Of a stretch of 64,000 nucleotides of DNA, positions 57,746 to 64,000 are shown in pieces; within the stretch, counting starts at the first letter, position 1; each line of letters begins with the position of its first letter. This DNA comes from Tubiluchus corallicola (lineage: Eukaryota; Animalia; Priapulida). A model generated the notes under the pieces. The model saw only the letters and a list, made by a program, of their open reading frames with translations, was not told the origin of the DNA and made no database searches. The stretch is taken from positions 62,001 through 126,000 of the forward strand of contig JAQGDQ010000079.1 in assembly GCA_030141605.1 (NCBI GenBank), given 5' to 3'. A program made the translations under genes and the position numbers.

Positions 57746-60715
57746 ACTGTCATTCATATTGGCTTTCCTTCATTGCATAAAGATCAAAAAGATCGTTTTT
57801 GGCGTTAACTGCGGGTGCGCTGTTTCTCCCCGCGAATGTTGAACGCGTTGGCCACATTCATTTAATTAACAGGAAAGTCTGTATGTCAGGCTCATCTCTT
57901 GAGCCACGTGTGGCAAGGCGAAACTCAAAAATTGGGGCAAGCACAATTGATGTTCTTCTCCTTCTAGCTGTTAGACTATTTATCTCAGTGTATCCAAAGT
58001 GAGGGAAGGTAAAACCGGTTAAAACCTTTTTCTGTTTCGCGAATTTGAAGACTTGTCGTAGTCCAAACTTATACTACCAGACGCAAATATTTTACTACAA
58101 AGAAAATTTGATCACTTTCTATGCTGAGAGTCCAGGATGAAACAGGTGGTGACCCTTATTTATAAAATGCGCCTGTTCTACTTTTTTATGTATTATTATT
58201 TCATTTTCATATATCTCTGGTCATGCGTGTCGATTTCATCGAATGCAGAGGCCGAAAGGACATGGAATAGATGGAAAATGAGTCCGTGTATTACACTTCA
58301 TTAAACACAATTTACACGTACAGGAATTTTTTGCTTCGATTTTGATGTCTTTATAAACTATGCTAGTTAACCTGAAATTTATGGATTACTTGGCTGCACT
58401 TTTCATGCATTATGTTTAACTAAGTCCGTAATTACAGTGGACAGTTGGTCACTTCCTTTCAGCGACACTTGTGCGGTCCAAACTGCTCATTTTCTCTGTC
58501 TGTTGGCTGTAGAAAGATTACTGGTTTACTTATCTTGGTATTGTAGGAAACTGTGATAATTGCTAGTGCTCACGCGCGGTCGCTGGTAGGATAGTAATGG
58601 TTGTTAATCATAGGTTATGTCGTTGTGGTCATCTAGGTGGATGATGCTCCCGTATCTTGAATTTCTGATTTAGAGAATAATTTTAACTGCTTCATAACAT
58701 TTTCTTTTTCCTTTTAGTGCCAAAACGACTTGGCATGAAGCTCATTGTAGTACTCTATGTTTTCGTGTATGTGGAGTATTATTTCTGGGTCTTCCTTTCT
58801 TTAAAAGTTTTATTGGATACATCCCTTTATCTTGGCTACGCCCCGATGTTGATATCACTCCTTAGCTGTATGGGGATAATCCCTGCCTTCTGTGATATTG
58901 GCAAAGCCTCGTCAGTTCAGTTAACTTTAATCTGAACATAATAAAACTCTTCCAAGGTTCGACCTACCTGAGACGTGATCGAATAGGTGATAACTCCCAG
59001 TTGACTTTCTGTTCGTGTGTCTGCAGGTGTAGAGCAAGCATCACCGTTGTGGGTGGCTACTTCTTTGTACCACTGCATCTGCCAGGTGTGCATATTTAAA
59101 GATACGCCTTCTAGTGAGTGCTGTTTGTTGGAATTTAAATATACTTGCGAATTTGTCTGTACAGTATAATCAGTTCAATTATCTATCCCTGCATTATTAT
59201 TCCAGAAGTTGTGATGTATTGTCAAACAGAAAAGTGCCATACACAAACCTTGCAATTCCTTTTCTTGCTTACTTACACGTTTACCACACTCATACTGGAT
59301 TGTAACTTGTTACTAGGAGCTCTTGATTGTCAAAATTAGCAACAGTTAGTAATTAAACCAATGGTTCGTATAATTTAAAATAGTTTTAAACTTATCAGTA
59401 GTCAATACAGTAATTATTTTTGACTCTGTGCTGTTTTGTCATTGTTAAGTGTGTGGATCCCTGTTAATTGTTTTGCAATAATTTAGACTTATTCACTTCA
59501 ATATCTTGCTAAGTTTATATCAACTGACCCTGTGCTATTGTGCTAATCATCTTTCTTACAAGCCCTTTGTTGTCTATTATGGGCGGATATTTATTGGCAT
59601 CAGCCTGAGCTAATTTGTCTGAATTCGAAAAGCACTTTGTTCAAATTGTCCTTGCCTAAACTCTTTTGTTTTTCTTTTTGTTTATATTGTTTTTCGTCAA
59701 GGTTTTGCGTGTCATTAAAGGCGTGATTTCAAGAAAAACTACAGACTCGTTCCTCATATGGCATGGTTTTGCCAATACAACCCAAGTCGTTCGTACATAT
59801 TTTTAGTTTATCAGTTAAATGTCTTTCGTCTGCTTTGATAAAAAAAATTGACAGCAGAAAATATTTTTTCACACTTACAATTTTTGAACCATGTACTCGG
59901 TCAGAAATCAGTACTAATATTCGAGCAATTAATCCAGTAGCGATATATTAGTCATTTTTTATTCACATGCAACATGGCCGAACAATAGCTACCTATTCAT
60001 TTCATGGGTGTTATTTCTTTGTTCTCTAGTGCATCAGCTCCACTAGGAACTGTTCGTACTCATTACCTATATAGTCAGGCATCAACCAGCCTGCTATCAA
60101 AGGCTCTAGGTTGATTGCTTTTCAATGAGGCCCAAACAAGTTTCGATGAGAAAGGGTAGCTAATTATTGCTTGCAGGGTATATGGTAAGGCAGGTTCCTT
60201 GCTTTCCGACGTTTATTTGCACATTCAGTGTCTTACGATTTCAGTCCAAGGAGAAGGTTAATGAAGAAATTTGTCACAATTTTTGACGTGCAGATTTGTT
60301 TGCTTGAGGAGTTTATCCGCTTCTACTTGCCTCTATTAGTTAAAATAAGTTTTGGTAAATTATAGACTGCACTCTAAATTAAGTTCACTATTCGAATCTG
60401 ATGGCGGCACGCAGTTAGTTATTCGGTTTGTCCGATTTGCACATGATGAAATCGCGTTTATTACAGCTTAAATGAACACTAGCCGTATTAAAACATACAC
60501 AATGCCATTGACACAATACCGACGGATAGCTTTGATTTGTCTGGTAGAGTGTAGCAAGCATTGATTTCTACTTAGTTTACATGCATAATCATTTCACCGT
60601 ACCTTACTTATCATATGTGAATGTCTTCGGATGAATTATATAATAAGAATGCTAAATTTATTACTATTGCCACAGTATGGCACATGAAATAATTAAAACA
60701 CAGCCAAATGCTATC

Positions 60716-60745
60716 GCTAGACTTCGGAATATTCCGAAGTCTAGC
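60716..60745. repeat. perfect 30-bp palindrome
   Basis: GCTAGACTTCGGAAT|ATTCCGAAGTCTAGC. Confidence 0.97.
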
Positions 60746-63700
60746 AACAACATTTGACTGTATATACAAGATTACCAAAATTATATTAGCGAAATTACCA
60801 AAACTTTGAAATTCATTAGTACTAGCATTCAGCTCAAACCTATATCCTTCCCACGTAAATCCAGCACCACTAAACTGTTTTTCAAGCTCATTGTATTCAT
60901 ATAGTTATTGTGTGGGAAACCGCTGCGACAATTTTAGACCCTGATCAAATTATGTGAGTTACCATCGAGCAGACATGAGAAACTGTCTCTACTAATAGCA
61001 AGCATGTTCAAAAGTTCAGGGGTCGGATCATTAATTGAGACTTTTCTCTGCAATATACTATACTGAAAGTTGAAGCAAGACTTAGTTACTCAACGGTTGA
61101 AATTTTTGTTGAGAATTTTGTGGCGTCGTGGTTAAATGAAGGCTAATTTTTCTGTAAGGAGTAATATAGGCTTGATAGTTATAATCAAACCACCAACATA
61201 CAAACCCCTGATTAAATTAATGTATGCAGAGAGATCCCTAGTCTAGCGGGTTAAAAGTCAGAGTAGTTAGAAGGTTGTCTCGAATTCGCGCCTGTGGTGA
61301 TGCGAGTGTTCCTAACGTATCGCTGATTTTGTGCGAAGTATTTCAAATACAAGTTTGTCTTTTCCGATAGAGATAATTTCCCGCCATGAATTCCATGTCG
61401 CCACAACGAGGGCAAAATAATAAAAGATTAAATTAATGCATTTGCACTAGAAATGGCATTTTTAATAGAACTCTGTGTGACTCTGAGCGGCGGATGTTTC
61501 TTTTATTAGTAGCTTTACTTAACTATTCACGTGGTTTCAGTATGACTAAATTGCTTTAGGGTATAACACTAACCCACGGTTGAGCGTTTTTGGTATTTTT
61601 ATGGTTATGATCATGATTTGCTGACGCCATAAATTCGTTGACATTTCTTTGCTGCGCAGACACATGTAATTGCATAGAAATTGTAAAAATTAAAAGGCTG
61701 TTTAGATAGAAAGTCATGTTCTAATTAAACAAGTTTGTCTTGTTTGCTTATGTAGTACGTATATTGCAGACTATAACCACGTTTGGCTCTGAAAACTGAA
61801 CTACACGTATTCACATTGAGAACAGATACGGGGTGATGTGGCCCTTAAAATGCATGAGCGCATCAAAATAATCATTAATTTTAAACCACAATTTGTGGTG
61901 ATTTTCTTGGCCAAGAGGTAGTTATATATTTAAATGTATGGTACGAGTTATGAACTACGCGAAGCCTTTTGTGCGTTTATAATTATCTTTTTAATTCGAT
62001 ATTGATGAACATGTAACGTTGCACGTTCAATACGCTCTTGTATCGCGAGCTGGGCGACTTGTTTATAGAATACCTTTTCTATTAAAAAATCCACATCTGA
62101 GCAAAGTTCCAACCACCTCCCTGCTGCCCCCGTGAAAAGCTGTAGGCGGCTATCGCTTCCTGTATTTTTGCACAACTTTCTTTTTATTAAAAGTAATGGC
62201 TTGGGTGGGTGCGCGATACCTGCACGTAATTTTAATTTTCACTTTTACGATACCGAATTCTCTGTCAGCTGTATAAAGGTACAAAAACTACAGGTGGGTC
62301 CATTTTGTCTATGATGGATAGACTTATCACGATGTGAGTTCAATAAAAAGCTAACTAGGTGAAAGCGTAGATTTCCTTGGTCTTTCGGACGTTGATGAAT
62401 TAGTACATGTTTAATAATAGCCGGCAATCTTTTTTGCTATAATTTTCCTGCAAAACCCGCTGGACAGTGTAATAAGTAATAACCATGTCTTTACAGTTCT
62501 AGTTAACCTTTTCATGAAAAGCATACAGACTTACAATTTTGTCCAACCTGTTTTTTTCGTTATTCGTAAAAAATTACATGTACTACATTAGAGCCGATTA
62601 TTTTGACTGGTAATTTAATTTCGCAAATATTGCGATTGAATTACATTCTCTTCATATTTCTGTTCTATGAGTTTGATCTGGTGCTGATAAGCTGATAAAT
62701 TCAGCCATTCTTCGAATAATTGTGAATTTTTGATCTCGGTCCATCCTTTGTGCCTTAAAATTCGGAGGATTTCATTTTTTTCTAAATATTTTACATGCAG
62801 AAACAACCATCCACAAATTTGGTGCATTGTAGAGATGTCTACTGCCATGCAGACAGTTTAAAAAGTGCAGAGAATGGTATTTGGTAAGATAAGGTAAAGC
62901 TATTAAGTGCGCTAAAACAGATTTTAAATGTCAAACGCCAAAATTGTTTTTTTCAAATGAACGCGTAAGATGAGTTCTTCTTTAACTTATTCAGTAGGCA
63001 CACCAATTTATGCATGGATGAGAAGTACTTACAGATAAATGTGTTTTGGCTCAACCCTGAGGCGGTACCGCTTGTGAAACGAGAAGCAATCAATCTTGCA
63101 CTTTGAAATGTTTAAACTTTTTCTCATTTTTAATCAAACGCAACGGAACTGTTAAATTTTTTGAGTACGCCAGAACTGTGTATTTATAGTGAAGTTGTAG
63201 ATGTAACGCGTGACACTGCAATGACCTCTTTAAAACCGCAGCGTTGAAGTCAAGTCAATTTTTTAAAGTTCATTCGCTTAAACTCCTGTTACATTTCATC
63301 TTTTTCAATTGACTTGTTTTAATTATATTAGTAGCATGCCGATTTTTTTCTTGCAAACCTGTTAGAAGAACGAAGCCAGAAGTGAAACGGCACTGTGTTT
63401 TCGAGGTTATGCTCCGAATTTATTCATAAAACTAAAGACTACTGAGCCATAAAATTAGGTTAAATAAGGCTTTCACCCCCCCCCCCCCAACCACGTACCA
63501 GATGAGAACAGATTACATCACTTGAATAACAACCTCCAGTATGTCCGCTTCCTCTCCGACAGCTGTATAAAGCGCTGTTTATAACTTGATGAGATGTGTT
63601 CGTGCTAATTACACCTTATACTGAACATAGCCGTGTTAATTACATTTCCCTATGCTGGCTTACGTATAAAATGATTTTTAATTAGGAAGGGGAGCTTTTA

Positions 63701-64000
63701 ATTGCTGAACATACTGCGTGCGTTAATCTTGCAGTTCAGTTATGCAAAAGATATCAACTGTATGCCTTATTAATTAGTTTCAGTGTAATAATATTGCAAA
63801 CATTTAGGTGGAACTATAACTTCAGTAACTGTAATTAAATAATTTGAAGATCTAACTCGTTTAACTGTTCTGTTATTTAAAAATTTGTCATTAACCCATT
63901 TTTATTTATTTACGTATTTGAGAACGGTGTCCAACGCTCTGTCACAATTAGAGGGCGAAAATTGCTTTCTTTTGGTGTTCTTATTGTTAACCCGTGCCAT

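Noticed and set aside
58700-62850. Short ORFs at 58717, 61948 and 62615 that may be ancient LINE debris
   Set aside because: No diagnostic motif or splice-consistent exon chain could be confirmed by eye.

Overview
AT-rich, intron-rich animal genomic DNA, probably from an invertebrate; it is not prokaryotic. Genes reconstructed by hand from GT-AG boundaries and reading phase: (1) the 5' part of a minus-strand gene (exons 2986-2904, 569-317, 110-50) resembling a divergent mucolipin/TRPML channel; (2) a complete plus-strand SLC5/SGLT-type Na+/sugar cotransporter (7251-26530); (3) two tandem minus-strand fatty-acid-binding protein (FABP) genes; (4) a two-exon coiled-coil plus CHORD-like Zn-finger gene (41929-40442). 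The main finding is that the SLC5 gene carries two intact, diverged copies of exon 8 (15874-16088 and 18783-18991), which encodes the glycosylated extracellular loop and the substrate-binding WYWC helix. Their phases force mutually exclusive use. The flanking introns contain two crossing sets of complementary sequences that could loop out one copy or the other. Mobile elements include a solo LTR with a 5-bp target-site duplication (TSD), a hAT MITE with an 8-bp TSD, a non-autonomous Helitron with an internal tandem duplication, two decayed LINEs and SINE fragments. I found no convincing coding exon in 46-64 kb. All comparisons with known proteins are from memory and were not searched.
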